DNA of 64,000 nt from Octopus vulgaris (taxonomy: Eukaryota): positions 35,030,001-35,094,000 of the forward strand of contig OX597816.1 of NCBI GenBank assembly GCA_951406725.2, in the 5' to 3' direction. The notes under the pieces are model-generated. The model was not told the DNA's origin. It was given only the letters and a program-made list of their open reading frames with translations, and searched no databases. The position numbers and the translations under genes were made by a program. Below are positions 1-14,986 of the stretch, one piece after another (positions within the stretch are counted from its first letter, which is position 1; every line of letters begins with the position of its first letter).

Positions 1-312
1 ACAAACACACCGAACACACTGAAAAACAGCAACACAGGTTTCATCAATATACCACATTTTAGCGAGAGGATAACTACAGCCACGCAAAGAGCTATAAGAA
101 GAGATGGATTAGATATACAACTAGCTCACTTCGACTCCTCTCTGAGAAAATGCCTCGCAAAGAAACGAGCAAGGGACAGCAATCCATGCACACTAGCAAA
201 CAGCCCCGTCCGTGACACAGATTTATGCCAACGGGTAACAGCTGTATATAGAATACAACGTAACGAATGCAACAAGTTCTATGTCGGTAGAAACAACAAA
301 ACCGATAAATAG
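1..312 (+). mobile_element. Penelope-like element fragment: RT/EN linker and start of GIY-YIG endonuclease
   Basis: Frame +1 is open: ...INIPHFSERITTATQRAIRRDGLDIQLAHF...LCQRVTAVYRIQRNECNKFYVG, matching the PLE VYxIxCxxCxxxYVG pattern; runs off the window start. Confidence 0.75.
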
Positions 313-1929
313 TAGCATTATTATGTTACATTATAACATAAATAAATTATTGGATTGTCAATTGAATCTCTGTATTTAATTTATTGTTTGTAATCTGCAT
401 TAGTATTCAACTGACGTACCATGTTTTACACACCCCTTTGAAGGAATTCCTTTCCTTAGTTTGTTACTCTCTCTCTCTCTCTCTCTCTCTCTCCCCGATA
501 TATATATATATGAATATGTATGTATACATAATTATTATGAAATATTGAGTAGAATGCATTGCATTGTATTGTATAAAGGATCGTGGGCGAGGCCAAGAGA
601 ATGCGAAGTAAATGCAAGGTAAATCACAAGAAAGCAAATATGTGAATTACTGTAGATTTACCTTGTATTCAATATTTAGAGTTTATGACACCATTTTCAA
701 GAAATTGACGAATGTTGCCAATGTGCATGTTCGGAGTGAACATGCACCACTCCATTCCACTTTGTAAACAAAGACTTGTGTGTGTATTTATTTGAAATAC
801 GCCAGAAATGAACTTGTACATATATTTATTTCTGTCTAAATATCTTGTGAAATTTATTTGATAGGGAAGAAGTTATTAATTCACAAATATCTGTAAAATA
901 CATAAAATATTCACTTATTAGATTGCTAATATTTCGGTGATGTCATCTGCTATGTCACAATAATTAGATGAAATTTTATATTGATTTTGATTATCACTGT
1001 TAATGATCTCTTTCTGAAAGTTGAAAAGAAAGAGGGAACTGAGAAATTAAGTAGAAAGATTATATTTAATTTTTCGCTTCAGTTTTCTGGTATTTCCTTT
1101 TGCTGCCACCTTTAGAACAACATTTTTCTGGCACATACTCCAAAGCACATTACAAAGATATTGATTTTACAGTTATCGATTTTATTAACATAAACGCATA
1201 TTGATTATATTATTTTAACATAGCGCTGCGTTTCCCAAAGTGTAGGTGAGTTTTAAGAAGATAAAATTAGCCAATTAAACTCTAACCGAGAGTACAACAT
1301 TTCAAAGCCATAGTATACAAAACAAATTATCAATATATGAAGGAAAAAAATAAAGAGATTTAGGTAGTTAAGAAAATCTCTATAAGAGAAATTACCGGAA
1401 CAAAAATACTACGATTAATCTTCTAAAGCGGATCCAATTCACTGCCTGATGTTGTTTCAGAACTGAAAGAAAAAGTAAAAAAGCGTAAGTATGTTACGTC
1501 AACAACTGCATTTGAGGAAAAAAAAACACAATCACATACTAATATAAAGACTGGTAATCTATGGATGCTTTGCTGTTAATTGTATCGACATTTTTGTATT
1601 TTTCATTTTTAAATAGTCGTTATGAAAGAATGATGTATAGAATTTAACATCATGTACAAACTGCTGCATTCTTCACGTCATTTCCTATCTGTTTCAGTAA
1701 ATGTTGTTTCTCTTTCCATATCTCTAAACCTAAAGATTTTGAAATTGTTTCGCATTTTCTTATTGCGTTTTCACTAACTGTTTGTAAGAGGGGAATTATC
1801 TAAGTAGATTACATAAATATTAAGTTTGCCTAAACATGCATAGAATTCAGTCGCTTCAATGATAAAATAGTAATTTTAGACTATATTGTTACACTAATTC
1901 ATTAATATAATTACTACTTCAAATACATA

Positions 1930-2704
1930 AGCAGAAAATTTCCAGTTTTGTCATCTGATAAAATTAAGCTTGGTGTGTTTGGCAGGCCACATATTAGATG
2001 GCTATTGGAGGACGAGCTGTTTTTGGAGACCATGTCTGGTATCTAAAAAGAGGCATGGAATACTTTTGCGGCAGTTGTTTCTGATTCCCTGGGAAACAGG
2101 AAGCCATCAAATTATGAAGGTCTTATGAAGAACCTGTTAACCATTTTTCAAGCACTGGGATCCAACATGAAGGAGAATTTGCATTTCCCGCATAGTTATC
2201 TGGACTATTTCCTTGAAAACCATAGTACAATACATCATGAACATAGAAACCCATTCGTCGAAGACATCGAGAACATGGAGACTAGGTATCAAGGCAGGTG
2301 AAACACTAATATGATGTTGTTTACTGAAGGTCACGTCACTGCAAAGGGACTGTCGTAGTGCAATTTATTCACATAAAGCAGCAAAGAGAAAGTTCATTCC
2401 GTGAGTAGCTGAAACTACAATTTGATAGAAATATCCATTCCAAGATGTGTAATTAAAAAATTGCGTCATATATGTATTAAACAATAAAAAGTATTATTTG
2501 GTTTGTGTTAGTTTCATATTTCAGTATTGCATTAAATGGCAAAGTCGACATTTTTTGGTAAAAACACGAATTCCTGCTTAACTAAATAATCATTGTAATA
2601 GAACATTTCTGAGGGTATTTCTGAACCCAGCACCATCAAATTAGATTCGGATAATTGTAAAGAAACAAGACAACAAAAAATATTTTCAAAAATATTCCCC
2701 AGTG
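1930..2704 (+). mobile_element. Chapaev3-like (CMC) DNA transposon remnant: transposase C-terminus and 3' end
   Basis: Disrupted translation KIKLGVFGRPHIR...EAWNTF...LGNRKPSNYE...LGSNMKENLHF/HSYLDYF...METRYQGR resembles the KxHFLHSHLDFF...HGERFHQDI...RYQGRW transposases; ends ...CCCCAGTG followed by TTA; stops and frameshifts present; family assigned from recall. Confidence 0.65.
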
Positions 2705-3184
2705 TTATAAATTTAATAAAATGGATTTAAATACGTTCAGAAGAAGATAACATATTTTGGTAAAGAAAATAGTTTGATTTCTAATAATCTTGATTGGATG
2801 AGTAATGTGATTCTCCCTCCTCAAGACAAATGGAAAATTGGTTGAAAGAAGATGAATGAGATTCATTTATTCCTCATTTACTCTTGCAAAGCATGACACT
2901 TTTCTTTCTCTTAGCGTTCCTGATTATATTTAAATATCATTAATTTATAATTCGGGGAATGAAGAACTACCCGGTGAAAGTAAGTTCAATTGAACTACCA
3001 TTTAAAGAAATGTGATTTAAAAGGGAACATCTCACATACAGTAAATTTAGTTTGTTTCTTAGAAATTCTCCCCAGTTGCAAAGAAAGCAATATATGCACT
3101 AGCATTTGTATCATCATTGTGTCATAACATACACCTTAGTAGACAAGTATTCTGCATAAGTATAGGAAGGCAGTGAGTGATGTG

Positions 3185-3186
<2 letters not shown>

Positions 3187-3256
<70 letters not shown>
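3187..3256. repeat. (TA)n microsatellite
   Basis: Perfect TA run. Confidence 0.95.
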
Positions 3257-3260
<4 letters not shown>

Positions 3261-3990
3261 ATTTTATGATTATAAACATAATTATAATTAGGATTTAACA
3301 AAATTGCAAAGAGAAAAAAATAACAAATTCACCCGGTTTTCATTAACTTTATACGCGTTTCTGTATTAAAGATATGTAAAATTAATCATAAAATCAAGAT
3401 ATCTATTCGACCAAGCACCATCGAATAAAATTGATATAAAAAACCAGTACTTCTGAATTTATACAAACGAGCTAGGGCTCACAACTTCTCCCAATCACCC
3501 AAGTGAACTACGAGTAATCCAGCAGAAACTGCAGTTTACATTAGGGGGGTGGGTTATATTATCAATAATAACAATGGGAAATTTTGTTCGATGGTGCTTG
3601 GTCGAATATATATCTTAATTACTAATTCTCTCAAATTTGTAATTGATATACTATACTGATGACGGAAATAAGATATGATAAATTTTACATATCTTTAATC
3701 CAGAAACACATATATAGTTAAAGAAAACCGGGTGTATTCGTTATTTTTTTTCTCTTTGCCTCTGAGTTGAGAATAATGCTGTCTAGGAGATATCCTATTG
3801 TAGTAGAATATTATTTAACTGCTATTTCTGAATTTCGGTGTGTGATGAAACAATTTTGCTATACACTAATTATGATTATGCTTATAATTATAACATTTTT
3901 CTATAAGTTTACCGATAATGGTTCTTTTAATAAACCGAACTACTTCGAAAGATTAATAATTATATATTGATGAATTAATTTACCCTTCAT
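3257..3990. mobile_element. PLE-type non-autonomous element with inverted terminal segments, between (TA)n tracts
   Basis: 3304-3431 is the reverse complement of 3579-3620 plus 3674-3759; contains a hammerhead motif. Confidence 0.6.
3651..3717 (+). ncRNA. Type I hammerhead ribozyme (degenerate)
   Basis: CTATA-CTGATGA-long stem II (GGA..AAGATATG/CATATCTT..TCC)-GAAAC-ACATA-TATAG; the inverted copy near 3345-3362 reads GAAACGCGTA on the minus strand (palindromic stem III, GUA site). Confidence 0.65.
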
Positions 3991-4031
3991 ATATATATAT
4001 ATATATATATATAATTACTATTATTATTATT

Positions 4032-4491
4032 GATTGAGAGAGCAGCGCATGCCATCAAAGTGAAACTGGGGTAAAATATACGAAGCCCGGTATACCCATC
4101 ATGACTACCCGTCTGATAAGGGTAAACCAGATACATGCATCACAACTATATGTGCACGACATGGTGATCTCATAACAAGAGAAACATCGTCCAACCTTGT
4201 GGGTGGACCCCAGTAAGAATTTTCTTCTGGTCGGGTGACCCGTCCCACTCAAAATGTCCCTGATTAAGAGTTGTTTAACTATGTTGAATGAAACACCCAT
4301 GTTTCCAGAGGTGAATTATTCAAAGCCCAAGGAATCCCTCTCAGCACATGGCTATGACGCTCCTCCACTACTTCTGAACATGATCGGAGATGCAGATATC
4401 TCAGCCACTAAGGTACATGCTCAACTGCTTATGGTCAAATAAATGACAAGCAAATCTGTGGTATTGAGCAGAATATTTGCTGTAGCCCATC
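4032..4491 (-). mobile_element. Truncated copy of a (TAA)n-associated non-coding retroposon (same family as 6892-7497)
   Basis: Colinear similarity to 6892-7352; flanked by (ATT)n on both sides; strand inferred. Confidence 0.7.
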
Positions 4492-4769
<278 letters not shown>

Positions 4770-4840
4770 TATGAATATATATATATATATTATGGTTACT
4801 ACAACTGCTACTACGAATACTACTATTGCTACAATTATTT

Positions 4841-5396
4841 ATTGTCATTGCACAGCATCTATCGCTGAAGATGTACTACAATGTCAGCTGTCCACTACCA
4901 GTGAACTAAGGTAACACCCTTTGCGAGCACCATCCGGGATATTCGAGCGGTTCCAATCAGTTTTGTTTTCTGTATGTGCCCCATCCTAGAGATTTTTACT
5001 CAATGTTCCCAGGGCCCCGACAATTGTTAGTACTATTCCCACATTTTTCACCGACCACAACTGCTTAACCTCCCATGCTAACCTGTCATATCTATCGATT
5101 TTTACTTTCTACCTTATCGCATATTTTGTTGTCATTTGGGCATGCTATATCTATGATCCAGCATCGTTTGCTTTCTTTCTCAATTAACGCTATATCTGGT
5201 TTCCTATTCTCTATGTCATGCTCGCACAGGATCATAAAATCCCATAGGATCTTTGCATTACCATTTTCGATGATACCTGTGTCATATTTTGAGGGGAGTA
5301 TTCCATATCTAGTTAGAAACTTCATTGTCTTTCTGTCTAAGCTGTTTAGTTCGTCTACTCTCCATACGATTGCCCCTTGTGCCTATAGTAGAAAGG
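4841..5396 (-). mobile_element. 5'-truncated RLE non-LTR retrotransposon (R4/Dong-like), family 1
   Basis: KILWDFMILCEHDIENRKPDIALIEKESKRCWIIDIACP is a PD-(D/E)xK restriction-like endonuclease; IVGALGT follows; flanked by (ATT)n. Confidence 0.85.

Positions 5397-5480
<84 letters not shown>
5397..5480. repeat. (ATT)n microsatellite
   Basis: Perfect run. Confidence 0.95.
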
Positions 5481-6891
<1,411 letters not shown>

Positions 6892-7497
6892 GAGTGAGAG
6901 AGCAGTTCATGCCATCAAAGTGACACTAGGGTAAAATATACGAAGCCCAATATACCCATCATGACTACCCGTCTGATAAGGGTACACCAGGCACATGCAT
7001 CACAACCATATGTGCGCGACATGGTGATCTCATATCAAGATAAACAGCACATGACCTTGCAGGTGGGGCCCAGTTAGACTTTTCTTCAGGTTAAGTAGCC
7101 CATCCCGCTCAAAAGGTCCCTGATTAAGGATTGTTTAAGGATGTTGAAAGAACCACCCATGTTTCCAGAGGTGAATTATTCAAACCCCAAAGAATCCCTC
7201 TCAACACATGGCTATGATGCTCCCCCACTACTTCTGCTCGTGATCAGAGATGCACATATCGTCAGCCACTAAGGGACATGCTCAACTGGTTATGGTCAAA
7301 CAACTGACAAGCAAATCTGTGGTATTGAGCAGAATATTTGCTGTAGCCCATCTTTTATACCAAGACAAAACAATGTACATGATAACACTTCCAATCAGTT
7401 AAGATCAAAAGCCATGAGAGCCACTGCCTGGCACTGCATCAGGGCATGTTAAGATCAGAAGCCATGAGAGCCACTGCCTGGTACTGCATCAGGGCAT
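6892..7497 (-). mobile_element. (TAA)n-associated non-coding retroposon with a 50-bp terminal tandem duplication
   Basis: Second copy at 4032-4491; 7398-7447 is duplicated at 7448-7497; (ATT)n on both sides; strand inferred. Confidence 0.7.
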
Positions 7498-7540
7498 TTA
7501 TTATCATTATTATTATTATCATTATTATTATTATTATTAC

Positions 7541-7610
<70 letters not shown>

Positions 7611-7650
7611 GTTGTTGTTGTTGTTGTTGTTACTGTTGTTATCATTATTA
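7498..7650. repeat. (ATT)n/(GTT)n microsatellite
   Basis: Compound trinucleotide run. Confidence 0.9.
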
Positions 7651-8149
7651 GTAGTATTATCTCCTATGATGTGACATCGAGTTGCATCCTATTGGTCCAA
7701 TTGTATTAAAAGTTCATCTGGTCTATACGTATCAACGCAGTTTTATTCAAGCTGTTACAAAATAGGTTTTTGAAGCGAACTGAAATGTTTGGTATTTGGT
7801 AATCATATTCTAGGTATAATTTGAGTGGGGATGTGTGTGTGTGCAATAAAAGCTGTGAATATTTAAAGATAGAGATACCCTTAATATTTAAAGGTAAAAG
7901 CACATAGCTTTAGTAGCTAGAGAAGATCTAACCAGATTAAGATATGTTTCTCCCACAGGCCAAAACAATAACAGAAAGGAAAGATTTTTAGGATAAATGG
8001 ATAGATTACGAGTAATTAAGTGTCTAGGAACTGAAATTAAGCGCGTCGTCTGAGTGAGATGTGCCTGAAATCAAATTATTTCGAGCAGATTTGATTGTAA
8101 CAAGACTGAAAAGAGGTCAAATAGCGTTAGAGAGCAAGCTAACTTTCTT

Positions 8150-8530
8150 GTATTCTCTTTTAGTTCTTTCAGTCATTTGACTGTGCCCACGCTGGGGCAC
8201 CGCCTTTGGTCGAACAGAGCGACTTCAGGACTTATTCTTTGTAAGCCTATCGTTCCCTTTTGCGGAATCGCTAAGTTACGAGGACACACCAGCATCTCTT
8301 GTCAAGCGATGTTGGGGGGGACAGAGACACAACACACAAACATAGATATATATATATATATATATATACGACAGGCTTCTTTCGGTTTCCGTCTACCAAA
8401 TCCACCCACAAGTCTTTAGTCGGTTCGAGGCTATAGTAGAAGACATATGCCCAAGATGCCACGCAGTGTGACTGAACCCGGAACCATGTGGTCCGTAAGC
8501 AACCTACTTACCACACAGCCACTACTACGC
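8150..8530 (-). mobile_element. tRNA-derived SINE, family A
   Basis: Reverse complement of 14322-14986 (TGGCTGTGTGGTAAG A-box, GGTTCAGTC B-box, TTGGGCA central segment, 3' tail). Confidence 0.85.
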
Positions 8531-9704
8531 CACTCCTATTCCTAAATAGTTCATAATCAATTCAGGGAATATTACTGTCCGCACATCTGTTACCCACGAT
8601 AGATCCTCCAAATAGCAGAGTAGTGCGAGACTTTACACAGAAAATGTTTTGTGCTTAATACACCAACTTTTACGTAACACTTTGAAACCCGTAATAACAA
8701 ACGTGTTATCAAAATATATCATATGAATGATTTCTATTTCCTGATGTACGCAAACAGCACATGCGCACATACAGCTGGATTTCATTCAACAGTGGCAGAT
8801 GCAAAAGGTTACAATCACGGATATTATATATCTACAGCTGCTACAATTCAGTTTCAGCTGCTACAAACATTATACATTTTTTAACATAATCAAAGATACA
8901 ATGCAGCAGCAGTAGCAAAACAGGAACAATGTATTATATTCTAACATTGTTAAACTAAGTTTATTATACATCATATTAATAAGCTTTCGAAGGGGACCCT
9001 TTCTTCAAGTTTTGCTACAAATTGATAATGTTCTATATTTTTGGAAAAAAAAACCCTTTTGCTAAAAACTTTTTTCATATCATAGAGTATATGAAATCAG
9101 TCATTTCTTTCTTAGCCGGATACATTCCATTATATCTTATTAATATACATTTCCTTTCTCTAATAGATAGTATAGGTAAAACATTTCTGAGAATAGCAAA
9201 TGGCTTATTCTGTTCTGATCCGGGCAAAATAAAGAACTGAATAACAAATACTTTCTAGAGGCTTTCTTTTTTCCTTCCACATAACCCTAGATGTAATAAA
9301 ATTTAGATTCCTTACTTCTTGAAATTAGGTATAAGTTCACTTACCAGTGATACTGCAACAATGATATCCAATTTTGTGCTTGCAACATCTTAAAAGCATT
9401 TTCATTAAATTGGAAAATGCCAAAAATCGTTCTCTTTTATATTACAGAGAAATTTCAAGACATGCACATAGCCACCTTGCATTTATTATTTGTTTTCTTT
9501 GTTTTTGAGTGTTAAATATTTCCAATAGGATTATTCCAGAGTGCTGATTTCTTTTTTTAACATTTTATTTTCCTGTATCTTTTCAATTGTTTTCAACCAA
9601 TCGAACTCAATATTTATATCGAATTGGAATATGCTTTTGACGCGGCATCCCACAAAACCTTTAATCAAAACAGTTCTCTATATGGAGAGGCTAAAATATA
9701 GGGC

Positions 9705-9790
9705 AATGGCGGAGCTATAATAAAACTAATGAAGCTTAAGCTTCAGGGCCCCTAATCCCGGATGTGACCCTATGAAGCAGCTTAACTTGT
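9705..9790 (+). mobile_element. Possible hAT (Tip100-like) transposon terminus
   Basis: CAATGGCGGAGCTA...TGAAGCTTAAGCTTCAGGGCCCC palindromic subterminal motif; no partner end found (assembly gap nearby). Confidence 0.35.
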
Positions 9791-10224
9791 TCATTCTGTC
9801 AATTTTTTTCTTGTTTTTGTATTTTGCCATGCTGATTGCTGTTATCAGTCTCCGTGGACGTCATATCATAACACTACGCAGAGTCTAGAGGCGCAATGTC
9901 ACCAGCTGTTTCTGCCGGTGTGGTGAAGCATAACAAATAAAAGTATAAACGAGCAGCAGATAATTCGTTTACTTGAACTAGTTTGAAAATTTCAGCCCTG
10001 CCCATTCCATTGTCAAATATGTCTACTGCTAAATCATCACGATTGAGATAAAAATTATTATTTTCACACCATTATTTAATGACCAATGAAAGAGTTTGCC
10101 TCCTAATTTTGGACTTACAATATGTTCAGTAACAAAGCATTTTGTCTACTTTAAAAATGGTTTTAATATCACCTTCTACAAAATGGACAATTCCTCATTT
10201 ATGACTGTTGTGAACTCTTATCTT

Positions 10225-10324
10225 NNNNNNNNNNNNNNNNNNNNNNNNNNNNNNNNNNNNNNNNNNNNNNNNNNNNNNNNNNNNNNNNNNNNNNNNNNNN
10301 NNNNNNNNNNNNNNNNNNNNNNNN
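10225..10324. other. Assembly gap (100 N)
   Basis: Run of N. Confidence 1.
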
Positions 10325-10539
10325 AAATTAACCATTGCAGAGTTTGCTAACCAAATTATTAACTTTCGCATTTATTTTAGACTATATTTTTTCATTATCA
10401 AAATATTGTAGTCCATATCGTAGGGCAGGAATGGTATATTGAATGGTAATTCAAAATGATTTTATTTTAATATTACATATATAATAGAAATATTATTATT
10501 TCTCAGTCTCTCTAAAGGAGACTACGGCAGCGGTACTGG

Positions 10540-11024
10540 ATATTAACAGTTATTGCCAAGCTAATATGGCAGTGCATAAATATAGGACGTAGGGCTGCCG
10601 TTGATTAGCTTCAAGAGACCATCGCCTCTAACGAGCTATATCACACACGAACCTGTGTCCATTATAACCTTCGAACATGGGAGGTCAACCTCTTCCCCTT
10701 GCTGGTCAGGCATCTGCAGACATGTCTTAGGGTATTTGCCCTTTATTTGCCCATTATCATATTTATATATTTATTTGATATAGGGCAATTTGATATATCA
10801 TATTAATATATTTACTTAATAAAGCGCAAATACCATGAAACATGTCTGCAGATGCCTGACCAGCAATGGGAAGCGGCTGACCTCTACTGTTCGAAGGTTA
10901 TAATGGACACAGGTTCGTGTGTCATATAGCTAGCTAGAGGCGATGGCCTCTTGGAGCTAATCAACGGCAGTTTACGTCCCATATTTATAGACTGCCATAT
11001 TAGCCTGGCTATAACTGTTAATAT
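10540..11024. repeat. Long inverted repeat / foldback element, arms ~210 bp
   Basis: 10540-10750 is the reverse complement of ~10815-11024 with scattered mismatches; AT-rich spacer. Confidence 0.85.
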
Positions 11025-12539
11025 TACAAATATACTTATCATGTATTATTTTTGTGCGTTTGTAGTTAAACATGAGAAACATTTCCTGAAGCAGACAATC
11101 ATAATATAGTGAGGATTTGTAAGAAAAAACACAATAACAATCCACAAATCATAACATGTTTTCGTGTTGCTACTTTCATTACATATTCTTACATGAACTT
11201 GATAAACTTCGAAACTCAACATACAACTATATTCTGTAATAAATCCTTGCTCTTGCATAGTGATTAATGCACAAATACGTTACAGAGACAATATTTTATA
11301 TGTATGTAGATAAATCACATGTTAAATTAAGGTCCGTTTACGAATCTGTCCAGTACAGAGTAATGATTATCGGCGTACGTATGACGCAAGATATCATTAC
11401 ATCCTGATATATGTTTCCTTCTTCTGAACTGATAAACGTTATGCGCTTTCATCGATTCAATAAAACTTGCAATTGCATATAGAGTGTAACTGAAAATATT
11501 ACAGCACAAATATTCTATTCTTGTGATTTGAATATTTATTTTATGCAGAACACAACAAAAGTCAGAAAGAATATGTTGAATATAGATACGAAATAAGTTT
11601 TAAGTCTAAGAATATAAATTAAGTAACTTCTCGGCTTCTTATGTACGGAAACAGAATTTCTCTTGGAGATTGTTGCTTAGTTTATTGACACAATCTCAGA
11701 TAACCGTTCCCGCTCAAATAATTTTTCTTTCCCAAACATTAAGCAGACAAGAGTCAGACATACGCCATAGTGTAGGACTTAACTTTAACATTCGTTCTTT
11801 CTAAGGCTCACCATGAGTTAAACAAATCATATTTTATACACGACAATCTATGAATCAGAATGACAATTTCGAGGAGGAAGGCTGTTTGAGAGAAATATAG
11901 GAATGCTAAAGCATTGTTATGGAGTACAGACAATGAAGATTATGGAATATCTTAATGTTGCATAATTGTACAGAGGACATTTACTTTTACTGAGTAAGTG
12001 AGACCGCCATTCGATCTTAGTTATTCAGACGACATGTGATATTTAGAACTGTACCGCACATATAGAAATCAAATATCAGTTCGGTCAGTATGACTTACCG
12101 TTTCTCCGAATTGATCCGTAAGATCACCGTTCTCTTCCCCTAATATCATCTCCGCTTCTATTTTCTATTTTATAACATTTGGTCATTTTCACACAACTCT
12201 AAATCTATCCTTTGTATCTTCGAAATTTCTAAATGCCAAGAGCGTACTAAAAGATTTTCCCATATATTATTTCATCAGCAATGTTTACTCATTATATATT
12301 TTTTCATGATGTTTATTTCTGAAATTATATGTCCTCGAAAGCCTAGGGTTTAACGTAATATATGGAGACTGCGAAGCACGTATCAAAACAATATTTGTTG
12401 AGCTTGCAATGTAGGAATATGGAAAGACTTTATAAACATAATTCAGGGTTTTATCGTTTGAAATTGACGGAGGCATTCCATACAGACAAGTGTTTGAAAA
12501 TCACGTAACAAGATTACATCTATCGATCTATCTACACAC

Positions 12540-12541
12540 AA

Positions 12542-12572
<31 letters not shown>

Positions 12573-12585
12573 CATATATCTATAT

Positions 12586-12647
<62 letters not shown>

Positions 12648-12735
12648 TTATATATACATATATACATATACATATATACATAGATATGTATGCATATATT
12701 TATATACATATATATATATATACATACACACACAC
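12540..12735. repeat. (TA)/(CA) compound microsatellite
   Basis: Dinucleotide runs. Confidence 0.9.
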
Positions 12736-12834
12736 GACTTGTTTTATTTATATTTCCTGAGCGCCATACTAATACAATTGTTTTTTTGTTTTCCACCTGC
12801 CTTCGTCTTTTGTCTATTTTCATAAAGCTTCCCG

Positions 12835-12836
<2 letters not shown>
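12736..12836 (+). mobile_element. PLE pLTR-type terminal fragment, family X
   Basis: Reverse complement of 63151-63250 and 42870-42960; sits in (TA)n. Confidence 0.7.
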
Positions 12837-12873
<37 letters not shown>

Positions 12874-12911
12874 AATAGATAGATAGATAGATAGATAAAT
12901 AGATGCAGAGG

Positions 12912-13216
12912 CTGTGGTGGACTGACAGCTTGCCCGATGGCCATTAGATTCCATATATGAAGGCCCGTTTTAGTATCTAAGGGGCCCATCTCCTTAAATT
13001 TGATAATTTTTATTCCCTGCTGGAGGAATGCATTAATTTTTTCATCTTGGCTGTGTTTCTAGACAGGTGAAAAGAATAGAAATAACAAAAAAATTAAATG
13101 ATAGCATTATAGTTGCGAGTGGGTCACCATGTAGTTGCGGGTGGGTCCCCTTGTAGTTGCGGGTGGGCACTCTTAGTCTCTTGGCAATCAATACTTTTAG
13201 ACACAATCCACCACTG
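12912..13216. mobile_element. hAT-like MITE
   Basis: TIRs C(T)GTGGTGGACTG / CAATCCACCACTG; internal 22-bp tandem repeats at 13110-13170; the 8-bp flanks match only partially. Confidence 0.45.
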
Positions 13217-14321
13217 TACACAGCGAGTTCATATAGTCTTTATAATTTCCACGAGTCATTGGGTTTAATGTGGTTAAAATTCATCAATCAACTTAAATGC
13301 ATAAATGTTATTAAAGTGTCAATCTTTGTAATTTGTTTTAACATTTAAATGTCTTTAGTTTATTTTTAAGTTATCCTTATTTTTCATTTTTATAATTTTC
13401 TTAAATTTTCTAACACTAAAGATGATTTATGGAAACACTGTATATTCAAATGTTAATTCCCATAGTGTTTTAATTTAAAGTTATTAAAAATTATCACAAC
13501 AATTTATATTTCATCTCATAGTCAGCATACAATTGTAATAAATAAACAGATATTAAGCTGAAACCTGACGAAATCGACAGGATGTCAAACAAAACACATT
13601 GCGTATTTATTCCGGCTCCTTCAGTACTGAGCTTCAATCTTGTCAACTTTGCATTTCTTCCCTCCAGGTTCGATTAATTAATGTACAATGGTGTCTTCTA
13701 ATCCCATCTTCTCAAGATTTCTGCTATTATGCCAAACTTAGAAACCATTATACATTTTGAAATAACATATATTTCCATGACTTCATTTTAATTATGGATC
13801 TAAAAGTGATAACAATTTGTGTGGATTTTCTTTTTCTCCTTTTTTTACTATGTAAATAATTAATATATGTGAAGCTCCAGCATGGCTGCAGTCTAAAGAA
13901 TGAAATTAGTAAAATATGTGTTTAAAGAATCAACTTTCCATGATACTCCAAATTATTGCACGAGTTCATTAATGCTTTTCTTGATGAATTCTCTAACTTT
14001 TGCTTTATCAGTTCATTCTTAAACACTGGAGAGTTTGCTAGAAAGACGCCTTAATTAAATCGGCTTTAAATATTTACAAAACTTCTTTTTAAAGATTGGC
14101 AATGAAAGATAAAATCGTTAGTTCTCTCTGCAACACTTTCACATAAGAATTAAACGCAATTGGTCATCCGCTACTTTCATATGACCACAAGTATTACCAC
14201 AGCAAGTTGTTCCGTTTGGAGATAATATTGATAAAGTATTCTCACGAATGTGATGATTCCAGCTAACACTCAACTCCATTTAGGCACGTAATGTATGTTG
14301 AGGAAATTATTCTTCGTAAAC

Positions 14322-14493
14322 AGGCGCAGGAGTGGCTGTGTGGTAAGTAGATTGCTAACCAACCACATGGTGGCGGGTTCAGTCCCACTGCGTGGCATCT
14401 TGGGCAAGTATCTTCTGCTATAGCCCCGGGCCGACCAATGCCTTGTGAGTGGATTTGGTAGACGGAAACTGAAAGAAGCCTGTCATATATATT

Positions 14494-14532
<39 letters not shown>

Positions 14533-14986
14533 TTGCGTGTCTGTGTTTGTTTCCCTAGCATCAGCTTGACAACCTATTTCTTTATTACCCACTAGGGTCT
14601 AAACACAGAGGGGACAAACAAGGACAGACATAGGTATTAAGTCGATTACATCGACCCCAGTGCGTAGCTGGTACTTAATTTATCGACCCCGAAAGGATGA
14701 AAGGCAAAGTCGACCTCAGCGGAATTTGAACTCACAACGTAACGCAGACGAAATACCGCTAAGCATTTCGCCCGGCGTGCTAACAACTCCGCCAGCTCAC
14801 CGCCTTGCTTGATAACCGATGCTGGTGTGTTTACGTCCCCGTCACTTAGCGGTTCGGCAAAAGAGACCGATAGAATAAGTGCTGGGCTTACAAAGAATAA
14901 GTCCCGGGGTCGATTTGATCGACTAAAGGCGGTGCTCCAGCATGGCCGCAGTCAAATGACTGAAACAAGTAAAAGAGTAAAAGAGA
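14322..14986 (+). mobile_element. tRNA-derived SINE family A, interrupted by a nested SINE
   Basis: GGCGCAGGAGTGGCTGTGTGGTAAG head, GGTTCAGTCCC B-box, internal (TA)(TG) tract, GTAAAAGA tail repeats. Confidence 0.85.
14574..14806 (-). mobile_element. SINE family B (Meta-domain-like), nested, 10-bp TSD
   Basis: TSD GCTTGA(C/T)AAC at 14564-14573 and 14807-14816; reverse complement of 15175-15408. Confidence 0.9.

Noticed and set aside
9347-9390. Minus-strand 44-bp exon candidate (VASTKLDIIVAVSL|GTAAGT)
   Set aside because: Weak acceptor and no convincing neighbouring exon or recognisable domain
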